The notes under the pieces were generated by a model that saw only the letters and a list, made by a program, of their open reading frames with translations, was not told where the DNA came from and searched no databases. Of a DNA stretch of 64,000 nt, positions 1-11,500 are shown one piece after another. A program made the translations under genes and the position numbers. The stretch's first letter is position 1; every line of letters starts with the position of its first letter. The stretch spans positions 648 to 64,647 of the forward strand of contig NMRA01000491.1 of assembly GCA_002633005.1 (NCBI GenBank). The letters are read 5' to 3'. The stretch is from Phoronis australis (lineage: Eukaryota > Animalia > Phoronida).

Positions 1-814
1 CTACAATACACCGAAAACAAAACTGAAACCACGTGGTTTCAGCTACCACCACGCCATGGGGCAGTACCGGGACGCACGGAAAATTTAGTAAACAAACTTT
101 AAATTCCGCGCCACGGTGAAAAAAACAAGGAAAAGTAACGCACGCAGTAAACGCCGACTACGCCAAATGTAGTGAATGTGGCTATTAAGGTTCTTTTCGG
201 GCTACTNGGGTGTGGCACTAATTAAATGTAGGTCTGAAAAGACTAAACTTGGAAACAATACCAAATAAAAATTATACTAATGGTAATTATATTTACTAGA
301 CAAAAATGAAAAATGAAGAATATAATAACAAATAAACGAAACAGCTGAACACCCGTGTTCAGTGACCTACCCGCTACCACACGGGTGGTACCGAGCGACA
401 AGGAAAAACAAGTCCACGAAAATTATTTTGAACTACGCGCCACTCGGTGTAAAGGTAGAAACTGCACGTAGCAACTACGCCAAATGTTGAGAATGTGGCT
501 ATTAAGGTTCTTTTCGGGCTACTCACCCTCGTTCATTCCTTGACTTAAGCACGCTGTCAGAAATACGTCCTCTTGCCATGGAGGACAACACACGAGAGCC
601 ATGGAATGGAAATCCATTGGGATGTTCCCGCGCAGGTTCAAATCCTGCCGACTACGCCAAATGTTGTGACTCGATACACAGGTTCTCGTGCAGCTTACCT
701 TTACTCATATGAAAGCTTGAATACACGCTTGAGTTGAANCGACCATAACACTCATACGAACAAGGACGGACGACATTGAAACTGGACAACGAATATCTAC
801 CTAGGTTCACGACA
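1..814 (-). mobile_element. Cluster of short LTR-like repeats, each followed by a tRNA-Ser primer-binding site (non-autonomous, TRIM-like LTR retroelement remnants)
   Basis: The minus strand reads ...ACA-TT-TGGCGTAGT(C/T)G three times (PBS-like at 153-165, 471-482, 641-659). LTR-like segments have TG..CA ends at 662-814 (TGTTGTGA...TCACGACA) and 485-590, and a third starts at 168 and is cut by an N. 168-205 and 485-523 are nearly identical. Confidence 0.6.
601..659 (+). pseudogene. tRNA-Ser 3' two-thirds (anticodon arm to encoded CCA), 5'-truncated
   Basis: ATGGA-ATGGAAA-TCCAT-TGGGATGTTCCCGC-GCAGG-TTCAAAT-CCTGC-CGACTACG-CCA matches the eukaryotic tRNA-Ser(AGA) consensus from position 27 to the 3' end. 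The D arm and 5' acceptor strand are absent. Confidence 0.85.
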
Positions 815-1419
815 CGGCCATTTTGTCGAATGTAGCGCCGTCTATTGTTGCTTAGAGTTCGGCGCCTGCTAAGCGGGCGAGCTTTTAACAATTCATTCAT
901 TACAAAAAGAAAGTAGATTGCCAGAAATGGGAAGAAATAGCATAAAATGACTAGGAGTCTGCTTTTAAATAAAGATGAAAATGGGCATTTTGTGTCCTCC
1001 GATCAGATTCGATGCGCAAGGAGCGGATAACCGCCCTGAACTCCGGTAAGGCCAGTGGCACTTAGTGCGGGCCTCAGTATCTGAACATGTGCCGGTGTAT
1101 ACTTGATGTTACCGCAAGGTGAGACAGATTCCATATGTTCTCCATTGCTTCTCCCCAATGGAATTCAGTATCCAAAGTGTAAACCTGAAACTCAAAAAGG
1201 TGATAATTGTCATTGTCTCACTCGGTTGAGTTACTGAACATATAAAAAAAGAAGCGGCCACCGCGACACTGATTTTTCATTGTTGGTCTGGTCGACAATG
1301 CTCGTCGCGGGTAAAAAAATATCGCCTTGTGCGCTGGTTCACAGCAAAAAGTCACGTTCTTTTGTGTGAGTGTACGGTATGTGCGTACCATGCAGTGTAC
1401 GCGTGTTTGCCTAGTGACT

Positions 1420-1658
1420 CAGAGGCGGATCTACAGGGGGTTTAACCCCCCCCCCCTCGGGACAGGATCAAAAATAAAAACTGGAAAAAAAATCGCCAGA
1501 AAAACGAAATTAGCTACTAAAAATCCCAAAAAATCTTACACGGGAGGAGGGAAACCCCGCTCTCGCGACCTTCCTTCTCCTCGGCGCTACGCGCCTCGGA
1601 TTCTCTCGAATCCTAAACCCCCCCCCCCTTAATTACTGAAATCGTAGATCTGCCACTG
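1420..1658. mobile_element. MITE with G/C-tract subterminal regions
   Basis: TIRs CAGAGGCGGATCTAC / GTAGATCTGCCACTG with a perfect 5-bp TSD TGACT (1415-1419, 1659-1663). Confidence 0.8.
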
Positions 1659-2177
1659 TGACTAGAGTCATAGTATGAACATTTGGCTTTGAGGTCCCCG
1701 GACAAAAAATCGCATTGTGTGCCTAGCCCAACACTAACTTAATAGGCCACTTTAGGGGTACACCGAGACTGCCGCCGCGGCAAGGGCGCTGCGCTATCAG
1801 TCAGAACAGTTCTCTTCTCATAAAGTTTTTGTCTACGGCTCAGTTCTTTTCTCACGGACGGCACTGTTCTTTTTATCACGTGCCGTCATTCTATTTTTAA
1901 GGAATTCTTTTCTCATAAACCTCATGTTCATAGATGAGAAAAGAAATAAGGTTCACCTGTAAAGAACATCGTACCTAAGTTATTGACGCGTTTTTAGGCC
2001 CATGGGCCTGTATCCGAAATCAGAATACCCATTTCGCGGCCTTCAAGTGGTTCGTATGTTGGCGCATGTGCCTGCATGTACGCAAGTAATGCCCCTTGCA
2101 TAGGCCCATGCTTGATTCGCAAATATCGGGCGTACTCGTTTTGACTACCGCTGTTCTCTTTTACATGCCCCCCCCCC

Positions 2178-2341
2178 NNNNNNNNNNNNNNNNNNNNNNN
2201 NNNNNNNNNNNNNNNNNNNNNNNNNNNNNNNNNNNNNNNNNNNNNNNNNNNNNNNNNNNNNNNNNNNNNNNNNNNNNNNNNNNNNNNNNNNNNNNNNNNN
2301 NNNNNNNNNNNNNNNNNNNNNNNNNNNNNNNNNNNNNNNNN
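2178..2341. other. Assembly gap (N run)
   Basis: Run of Ns flanked by poly-C and poly-G. Confidence 0.99.
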
Positions 2342-2745
2342 GGGGGGGGGGGGGTTCAGATCTAATGATTCCAAGTGTCAAATTCGGAACACGACGCAAT
2401 CGGAACTATGGCTAAGTAAGCGCTCTCCCACGATATCCCAGGCGACCGGCAGTGGCGCTGGGCACAACGACTCCGTTTCCGTCGTCTGCTCCACTGTGCA
2501 ATGAAGAAAATCACTTCATTTTTTAAAGAAAATGGAATCTGAGTGATGATGAAAAACAGAAGCTGCTGGTAAGATGTCAATTTTAATCGAAGCCTTAGTG
2601 AATCACTCAGAAACATGTAATAAGCATTACAAAAGAAGGAGGTTTCGCACGTAAACGCTGTGAACCATAAACAAATAGGTCTCTTAGATTAAGTTAGTAA
2701 AATGCGATTTATTGAAGACGGAAACATAAAATCTGCAAAATACAT

Positions 2746-2813
2746 GGTATTGCTAAAGACGTACACCGCCACGTCACGTGGTATTGCCAAAGACGGACAC
2801 CGCCACGTCACGT
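2746..2813. repeat. Two-copy ~34-bp tandem duplication
   Basis: GGTATTGC(T/C)AAAGACG(T/G)ACACCGCCACGTCACGT x2. Confidence 0.8.
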
Positions 2814-3339
2814 ACATCAGACGAACGATGGGTTTGCAGCGCAGTTTTAGTCTTCAGAGACTGTAAGTAACATCTACTATTCATATTTAATGAGTTCGTT
2901 GTTGTTTAACGATTTCGTTGTCCGCCGGAACTAGTTCGCCATAAATTGTCTGTTGAAAGAATGACATGATGTAGAAATATGAGCGCGATAATAGCTAATA
3001 ATAATTTTACTAAATTTCAACACTGAAGAGTTTAAGGTTGTGTAGGACCTTATTCACAAGCCTGTGTATTGAATCTGTGACGGGACGTTCGTAACTACGC
3101 TTATTGTTATTCTTATTAAGTTGCAAGTGTTAAGTTATTCTTATGCTAATGTCTTTGTTGCGTCTCAGTGCGCCTTTGTTACGTGGGCATGCGGGCGCGA
3201 CTGAATGTGTCGGGCACCTCGCTAGCGACAGGCTTAGGAGAAGGATTTTCCTTCCTTTGCCTACATGAAATTGATCGTTATCAGTGTGTAACTGAACTGA
3301 ACGTATGCCTGATGCGGTGAAATACACATTTTTGATGCT

Positions 3340-3810
3340 CAGTGGAGACTTGCTCTGTTACAAATCAAATGTCTTCAAAACTCTAGATTTTAACTCCATA
3401 TAAATTTATATTCTCTGAAAGTAATAGTCTGCAAACTTTGATTTTTGACTTAACACCATTAAATGAGTCATGTGACCATCTCTTCCAGTAAAATTTAGCA
3501 AAAAAAAGAAAGTTACATTCATAGCCTAACAGCTCAAAAGTATTACCAAATGCTGCTTAATATCAATGTTCACGACGAAATCTCAAAAACTTTGCAACAG
3601 TTTTTCAAATTGTAATTTTGTGTTCGTTTTTATTTTTTATAACGATCACAATTGTCCTATTTTTAACAACCCGCATGTAAAAGTGATAATTTTTACAACG
3701 AAGCATAGCATCAAAAAATTCATGTGAATCCGATCATTCGTTTCCGTCTGAGATATTGTGGTCTGAAGTTAGCCAAATTTGGACTGACGTTTTTTAGGGT
3801 TTATCATAAC
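3340..3810 (+). mobile_element. Copy of an abundant dispersed ~500-bp non-coding repeat family
   Basis: Shares diverged blocks (..TCATGTGAC.., ..TGTGAATCCGATC..GAGATAT..GAAGTT.GCCAAATTTGGAC..TTTTTAGGG) with copies near 23190, 26410, 28290, 35570, 40430 and 47950. Confidence 0.55.
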
Positions 3811-4886
3811 TTCAATGGACATTACAATATTTTCGGACGAAAAACGCATTTGGTGGGATTATTGTCGGATAGGATAGACTTTTTTGAAGTTACATGTAGC
3901 TTTGACCAGGGGCCCGTTCCAAGAAACTGCCTTAAGTTCATTTTTTTACTTAAGTCGAAGATTTTTTTAACGTTACAAACTTGAAATTTCCACAACCGGC
4001 AAGGTAGTTAAAATTAAGGCAAAACTTATATCAGAAACTTTTGTCAAACTTTAGATATCTTTCTTGAAACATCTTGAGACAAGTTTAAGTTTTATCATGC
4101 AGTTTAATACGCTTAAAATATTGTTATCGAGTGGTTCTAGTTAGCTCCGCCAGGAGAGCGTTCTACCACGAAGGTTCAAGTTTGGAATCCGCGCTGTTAT
4201 TGATAATTTCAGAAAATCATTTTTCTCTACGATAATGTCACTTTAAACAGGTCGTCAAATACTAAACCTAATCAAATTCTATACTAATCTGCAGTGTAAG
4301 CGTTGTGCTTTAGTGTTAGGGTTCTTTAAATGTGCTACGCATTAGCGGGTATCCAGAAATGGTGTTCGATGTGCTACGCGGGAGAGGTATCAACAATGAT
4401 TACGTAACCAAATGCTGGTTATGTTTCACTACTGACACAAAGCTCCACATTTTGCCTGGAGGTTCATGTAATAGTTCCTTTAATCATTTGTTTCCCAGAA
4501 ATTATGAATTCAAAATTTTAGAAACAGTTTTCATCGTAATATTTGGAACACGAAGTAAGCCAACCTCTTTTCCTCACGCACTGCACGCCGGGCATTTTCA
4601 TTAAAGACTTTATTTCCTGTAAATAATTTTTTTCCCTGTAAGCTGCATTTTATTACTAGTGCGCGGCAATTTTGTGGTGAACACATTTTTCTTTATGTAT
4701 CACGCGGTCGTGCCGTTGAATACTTGAAACATCTGTACATTTCCAGTAAGTTTCCCCCCGAATATCCGTTAGTCCCTATGCCTACAGAGATAATCTTTCG
4801 GGGCATTTTGTGGGTGTATAACCATGGGTTTTGGCACATAACGTATAGTATTGGACAAAAAACATGCCTACACAATGAGTGCTTAC

Positions 4887-5208
4887 CAGTGGCGGATTTA
4901 GGGGAGCGGTAGGGCCAAGGGGGCCATGGCCCCCCTAAAATTCTCCCAGATACCATTTGGGAGTTCGGGTTGCGAATTGCTAAGTAGCATCTGCGCGCAC
5001 CCAAGGGGTTCGGAAGGCGAATGCACAATGCATAGGACTTGAACAAACCCCGTTTACCGTTTTTTGTAGTAAGAAGGTCTACAAACCCAAAATTTCGAGA
5101 CCCCTGCATCCCTATATTTTAGGCTGGGCGCGCTGATGTGACGGAATTCTGGTTATTCCTGTGCCCTGGCCTCCCCCCCTCTAACTCAAAATCCTGGATC
5201 TGCCCTTG
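4887..5208. mobile_element. MITE (CAGTGGCGGATTT type)
   Basis: TIRs CAGTGGCGGATTTAGG / CCTGGATCTGCCCTTG; near-TSD CTTAC/TTTAC; internal sequence shared with 21005-21172. Confidence 0.7.
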
Positions 5209-5378
5209 TTTACAGCATCTCCCAGGGAAACCAGTGCGAAGCTGGACTGTCCCGGAGAGTCATGGTCATCCGTATATCACGAAAGCACTACAAAATGCTT
5301 AAGATTGAACTAGTGAACGAAAAAATATATTTTTAGGATTGGTCAACAAACACGTGGTCACATATAATAGTTTAATAA

Positions 5379-5509
5379 TTAGAATTGGTGTTGATGCTTG
5401 TGTTCTATTTGACGTTGATTCGGAAATGAGCCATCGTTGTCAATCAGAACTTTTAGGTACACGGCCAATGACGCCACGCCCACTCCGCTTGAATGTGAAG
5501 AACACCCGT
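5379..5509 (-). CDS. C16orf89: C16orf89-like last exon
   Basis: DGCSSHSSGVGVASLAVYLKVLI...QHQF-stop. Confidence 0.85.
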
Positions 5510-8500
5510 CTGTAACGATACCGCCAAAATATGTTAAACAACTGACAAAACGCGTTGGCTAATCATTGAGGCCAGAATACAGATAACAAGGAATCAAACA
5601 ATCCTGTTACCGCACAGAGTCGACTGGATTTAGAAACAAGCGCCAACAAAATACGGGAGTAATACCAGAGCACATTTAAAAATATCATTTCATTGAAACT
5701 CAATACCCCCAAGACCACGTTTGTAAATGAAGATAAGAGGCATGTGCGCATGTGTAAACATCTATTTTTGAGGAAGAAAGCCCATAATTATACGGTGAGC
5801 ATCGCCGTTTACATTTATCATCTATTTACAAAATATGCATTGTCTTGGCTTTACGAGTATAGAGGGGTGGGCCACGGATAGTGTTTCGTTAGACCCTAGT
5901 TAAAGACCACATAATATTGATTCTTGAGAACACGTAAACAACTAGAAATTATGGATGCTTATAGGCTTGTTCGATTAAATTAAATTTTCTCTCATTAGAT
6001 GCTTAAAAGGATACTAAACCCAGTGTTTTTATTAGTGATTTCAACCAATCCTCGTTCTGCTACCTGATAGTGCACAATTGGCGTCCCACTTGAGTGACAA
6101 AAGCAGGATTCAACAAAAAAACTCACCTTTCTTTGTCACAGATGGATAATATGGTAATTGATGGATAGTCTTTCCCTATACTTGCTGTGTAACTGAACGT
6201 CATTTTTAATATCTGTTAATAGGCAAAAACCGGATTTGGTATCCTTTTAAGTACTAGTGAATCGTCACTTGGTAATCATGCGTTACAAACCTTTCAATTG
6301 TCTTTCAAAGAGAAGTTTTCTGGCACCGAAAACGGGACTGAAAGAAAACCACATAGTTATGTAGACCTTTTGGTACCAATACCAGAACGTGTAATCGAAC
6401 CATACCAGTTTCCCTCCTAGGAAAGTATTCCGCGGCCCCTGGGTGTACATGAGCAGGTGAGGTGTACAGGACGTGACGCTCACTCAAATGGGTGTTTTAT
6501 GACCAGATTCCTTATGAAAAGGACACCTTCCGAAAGAAATATCCACACGAAATTGTTCACTTTGTGGGTTAAAAACTCAACAAAATTATTCATTTTTGCA
6601 ATATTCTACACTAAGGAGCGCTACGCATTCTCTTTACGTTTGTTTCGTTTAATAGACTGCAAGCCAAAGGGTCGTTTTATAAATTTTAATTCATTCTGTA
6701 AATTCCAATTCGGTATTAAGACTACCTAGCAGATATGTTTCATGGTCTTAGACTAATGTCAAACGCTTCATTTCAGCAACAACAAAAAATAATAACGTCC
6801 TCGTGATATATATAGATTATTACATGGCGAAGTCATTATCCCCCGTTATCTAGAGCCCGAGTGGATTTTGGAGAATTATCGCCCGAGGGGCGTCAGCCCC
6901 GAGGGTGATAATTCTGCAAAATCCACGAGGGCTCTAGATAAGGGGGATAACGACTGAGAACATGTAATAATCTATTTATACCACATACTAAACGAGAAAC
7001 ATTGCAATGAATCTATCTACCTTTCTCGACTCGCCTCGGCATTGTAACTACTTTCTATGTCAGAGGACCGGGGTCGGAGGTCGTGACCTTTTAAGAAAAG
7101 CCGAGCTATTTTTGTCAAATAATGCTTATACTCAAAACCAATTAGAAATTTAAACAAAATAGAAATGAAGTGAATCTCTAAATTTAGGTTAAGCAACTAC
7201 TATAGCTTAAAACACGTTTTTTACACGCTAAGCTTCGACCGGGAAATTATCGTCTGCTAAAGTAGGTTACCACTGGTAACTGAATATAATTCTCAAGTCA
7301 AAGATCCTGACGACACGATACCCGCATTCAAACTGGAGATCGGTGATTTACAAGTAAGAGGACATGAAAGAAAAATTTCACTGAAGATATCATTTTTATG
7401 GAAATTATGTGTCTTATTTTTCGTAGCGTATAAGTACAGTACGATGCGGTTTGTTGAACGTGCGATTATTGCGCGTGCTCATTTAAGTATTCTATTTTCA
7501 CTCTTGATGACGTCAGTCGCTGCGTGGTGTAGTGGTTAAGTCGGCGACCTCCAAACTCTAGGGTCCCGGGTTCGACTCCGTCCTCGGTTTCCCGCCAAAT
7601 CGTTATCTCACTAGTGAGATAACTTTATGGGTTATTACACGGTTTTATCTGCCATTTGACGCTAATATTGTGGTATAATAATATTTTATACCACATTTTC
7701 AGCCTGAAGTGGTCAATACAACCGTTAAGTAACCCATGTAGTTATTCAACACGCATTGAATAACATTTTGGCGGTAAACCGTGGCTGGTTTCGAATCTGC
7801 TCCGCAAGAGTTTCGAGTCGTCGTCTTTACTACTGCACGCAACTAAGCAGCTGATGTCATCAAACGTGAAAATAGAGTACTTAAATGAGCACGAGCAACA
7901 ATCGCCTGTTCAACAAACGGCATTGTACCAACATTTATAGGCTATGAAAAACAAGACGCCCAATTTCAATAAAAACGACGTCTTTAATTCAGTAAAATCA
8001 GGAAGAGTGGTTATCTCTTCCTGGTAAAATTTATCTGTCATTTTCTCTCACTTGGAAATCATCGATCTCCAGTTTAAATGTGAGTAACGTGTCGTCGGAA
8101 TCCTTTGACTTGAACATTATACTCAGTAACCACTGGTAACCTATTTTAGCAGACGATATTTTCACGGTGGAAGCTTTGCATAAGATGTGTAGTTAGGTAG
8201 ACTAGCTGCTTAAAAATTATGTTACAGATTCATTTTATTTCTGTTTTGTTTCAATTTGTATTTGATTTTAAGTAAAAACATCATTGTAACAAGAAAAACT
8301 CGGCGTTTCTTAAAAGGTCACGACCTCCGACCCCAGGCCTCTGACATGGAAAGTAGTTGCAAAAGCCGAGGCGAGTCGAGAAACGTAGAGCGATTCATTG
8401 CAGTCGTTCAGTATGTGGTATAAATAGATTATTACATGTTCTCAGTCGCATCAAAAACTCGTATCAGGGGAAAAGATCGAAGAGTGTGTAACCAGCACGA

Positions 8501-11500
8501 ACTTGGTTGCATCTCCAAATTTACATTGCGTGCTATACTGGAAGGAGGAGTGCCAGAGACTATCCCGGTGCCTACCCTCTGACGTCACCACAGAAACAGA
8601 AACAAAAACAGAAACTCAGTCGTTATTCCCCTTATCTAGACCCCCGTGGATTTTGTAGAATTATATAATATATAATTCTCCTAAATCCACTCGGGCTCTA
8701 GATTGGCGGGGGATAATGACTTCGCCTTGTAATAATCTATATATAAATTATTTTAATCGTATGCTAATGAAGTGTAAAATATTTGAACTTACGGTTCGTA
8801 TCCAAAACATCCTCTTTCATCATCTTGTAATCCGAGAATTATTTCCATCCAGTCGGAGCGAACAAAATCGATGAAACCAATATCTCCACAAACGGTAACT
8901 ACAACGAATGAAAGTGAAAATGGTTGCCAGACGGCGCTTCGAGTTGGTATCTTTGATCATGTGGTCAATATTATAGACTGCTCGTCAGTGGACATTTCAA
9001 ATCAAGTAGGCTAAGTACAAAGTGATTCAGTAATCTATTATTACGAAGGCAACGCATTTTGCGCCATCACAAGTTTGTTTGGAATATCCTTTTTTCAGTG
9101 GGAAGTGCACAGTACAGCCAAAATCCGACCGGTGCAACCAGATAGTGCACAGGCGGATATCTTGTCGATGCCGCGATGTCTGGGTTTAATTCCGTGGACG
9201 TAAGAACCTCGTAATGATGGGCTTCGCTTGTAATACAAGACGACGTCTCACAATGTCTTGCCATTGAGCTTCCATTTTCGCGAGTTTTAACACACGCTTA
9301 GAGAGTGTTCTGTAGACCTAATTTCTTACAAGAAAAGATCTCAAAAAACTTTGCCGCACAACCATGTAGGGTTACCTTAACATGAGCGGCACAGCACTTA
9401 AAAAAGTGGAGGGGGAGGGAGGGTGGACTAAAGATGTGTTAGCAAGCTGTACGAGTATACGATAATACTACGACCTACGTGTTAAAGTTGAAACCGCCGC
9501 TATTGGTAGCTGAAGTACTGACCCCATGTTGTACCTGCTTGACTCTTGAAACTGAATGAGTCGTTAGTTAGATTGAATATTTACGATTGGGAGTGATTGG
9601 ACCTGAGATCATTTGTAAGCAATGTAATCAATGTTTGTACACCCTTTAAATATTTACTAAATGGGCTCAAATACAATACTTTTCTCATGTCAGTTCCGAC
9701 TCGTTAGCAGACAATCAGAGTAATGAACTGTCGGAGTTCTGGTTTCGGAAATGTGGACATTCGAAGTAGTGAACTTTCGAAGGTAGCGAACCTTCGCAGT
9801 AACTTCGGAGCAGTGGACTTTCGGAGTAGTGAACCTTCGGAATAGTAACATGTAAGCTTGGAAATCTTTTCCATCAAGTTTGCTGTTCGCATGACTCTTG
9901 AGAGGCTGTGCGCCATTGGCACTGATTGACATGAGAAGACTTTCTTCATTGACCAAAGTTTTTATTAGGTCTAGACCTACTTTCCCTAAAAATATGAACA
10001 TGCTCGTCGGGGTTTTCTTAGTACAACAAAATACAGAAGTTCATGGGCGGTGCAGCACTGAAAAAAGTGAGGGATATAACCTCCCTGTGGTGCACCGCCA
10101 ATAGACCACGGGTGGTGCAGCACTGAAAAAGGGGGGACTATAGCTCCCCAACCCCTTTTGGTGCTCCCCCCATGTACTTAAATGTCTCATTTTTGAGCAA
10201 CGACGGAGGGCTTCCTATAGAGAACTTAATTATCATCGGCGTGTACTGAATTTAAAAGAATGGAAACACTCACAGTACACGCATGCAGTCATCCACCAAT
10301 CCAAAACCACAGTAGAAATTTGAAAATGTCTGCACTTTTCCGTACTCCGCCGCTATCAAAATAGCAGATAAACCTAATTTCTGCTATTTTTTTCTTGGTC
10401 CATTTTAAAACGTTCACACGGCACTACTTTTTGGGAGCTCTCTCGCTGCCAGCCTATGTTGGTATACTATTAGACATTTACTTCTAGACTAGCGTGTTAC
10501 ACCATTTGGTAACCACGACGCGAGTTCAATGCCGATGAATTAATAAAGCCTACTCTAATCGTCTGCACGATCCTATCACCAAGCACCATCCGGGCGAAGT
10601 TGACCACGTACGGCACGATTAAAAGGCTGCGTGAACTAAATTATTACTAACTTGGTTATCATTGTATAGTTAGTAGAACCAGTAGCTGCAACAATTTTGT
10701 TGTTGTTGTCCATCTATATCCCATCTTTAACGGATAGACCGGGGCAGGACCTTTTCCGCGGAGGGGGTTCGATCGAACCCCCCGAACCCCGCCCCCCTGG
10801 CTAAAGGCCTGCTATCTATTGTAGGAATATAAGCAAGCTTGAATAACATTGAAATTTCTCAAGATGTAAGAATCGGGAAGCAAATTTTAATAAGTTTTGA
10901 TAGTTATTGCGGGAGGAATTTCGATCCTAAAACTGATTCCGAGAAGTTTCCATTACTAAAACAAAGCCTACGTTCCCCAGTACCCAAGCCGATGCTGCAA
11001 TACACAGCTGAGATGATACAATACTGGAGAAAGCAGACGAGACACCCACCCTAGCTAGCCGCTAACACATCTTACTACGGGAGAACCACCTCGCGTCGCT
11101 TGCTCACTAGATCACTTACCTTGTTCCAGAAATATATCACGATAGCCAACGTTCACGTGACGGTGACGCGTCAGTGCTCTCGCTTCTGAGTAAATATGGT
11201 CACAAATTTGCTGTTCTATATTCGGAATGGACCGGCCGGAACTAAGAAACTTGGAGATATGTTTTTCACACCCCATCTACAAATAAGGAAATACAATGAA
11301 CTGGCGGAGGCTGTTGGGGAGGGGGTGAATACAGTGACTGATTTGTTTAACGCCTAGAGCGTTAAAATCGAGAGAACCAGGGGTGAGTTTAACTCGAACG
11401 CAACACAACTATGACGGGAAATAGTTGGAAGTAAAGTTATACCACTGAGCGCCGCTTCGTCGAGTAAAAAAATTCCAACTTCAAAGAAAGATAATATAAA

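Noticed and set aside
601-659. Functional tRNA-Ser gene
   Set aside because: The 5' acceptor strand, D arm and A box are missing, so it cannot fold or be transcribed as a tRNA.
1994-2399. ORFs spanning the N gap
   Set aside because: They are open only because of undetermined bases.
2362-2616. ORF with SYQQLLFFIITQ resembling the C16orf89 HQLLFF motif
   Set aside because: The true motif exon is 12986-13106 and the gene already ends at 5379; no other family residues are nearby.
7519-7597. Functional tRNA (apparent CCA anticodon)
   Set aside because: The acceptor and anticodon stems do not pair; only the promoter boxes remain.
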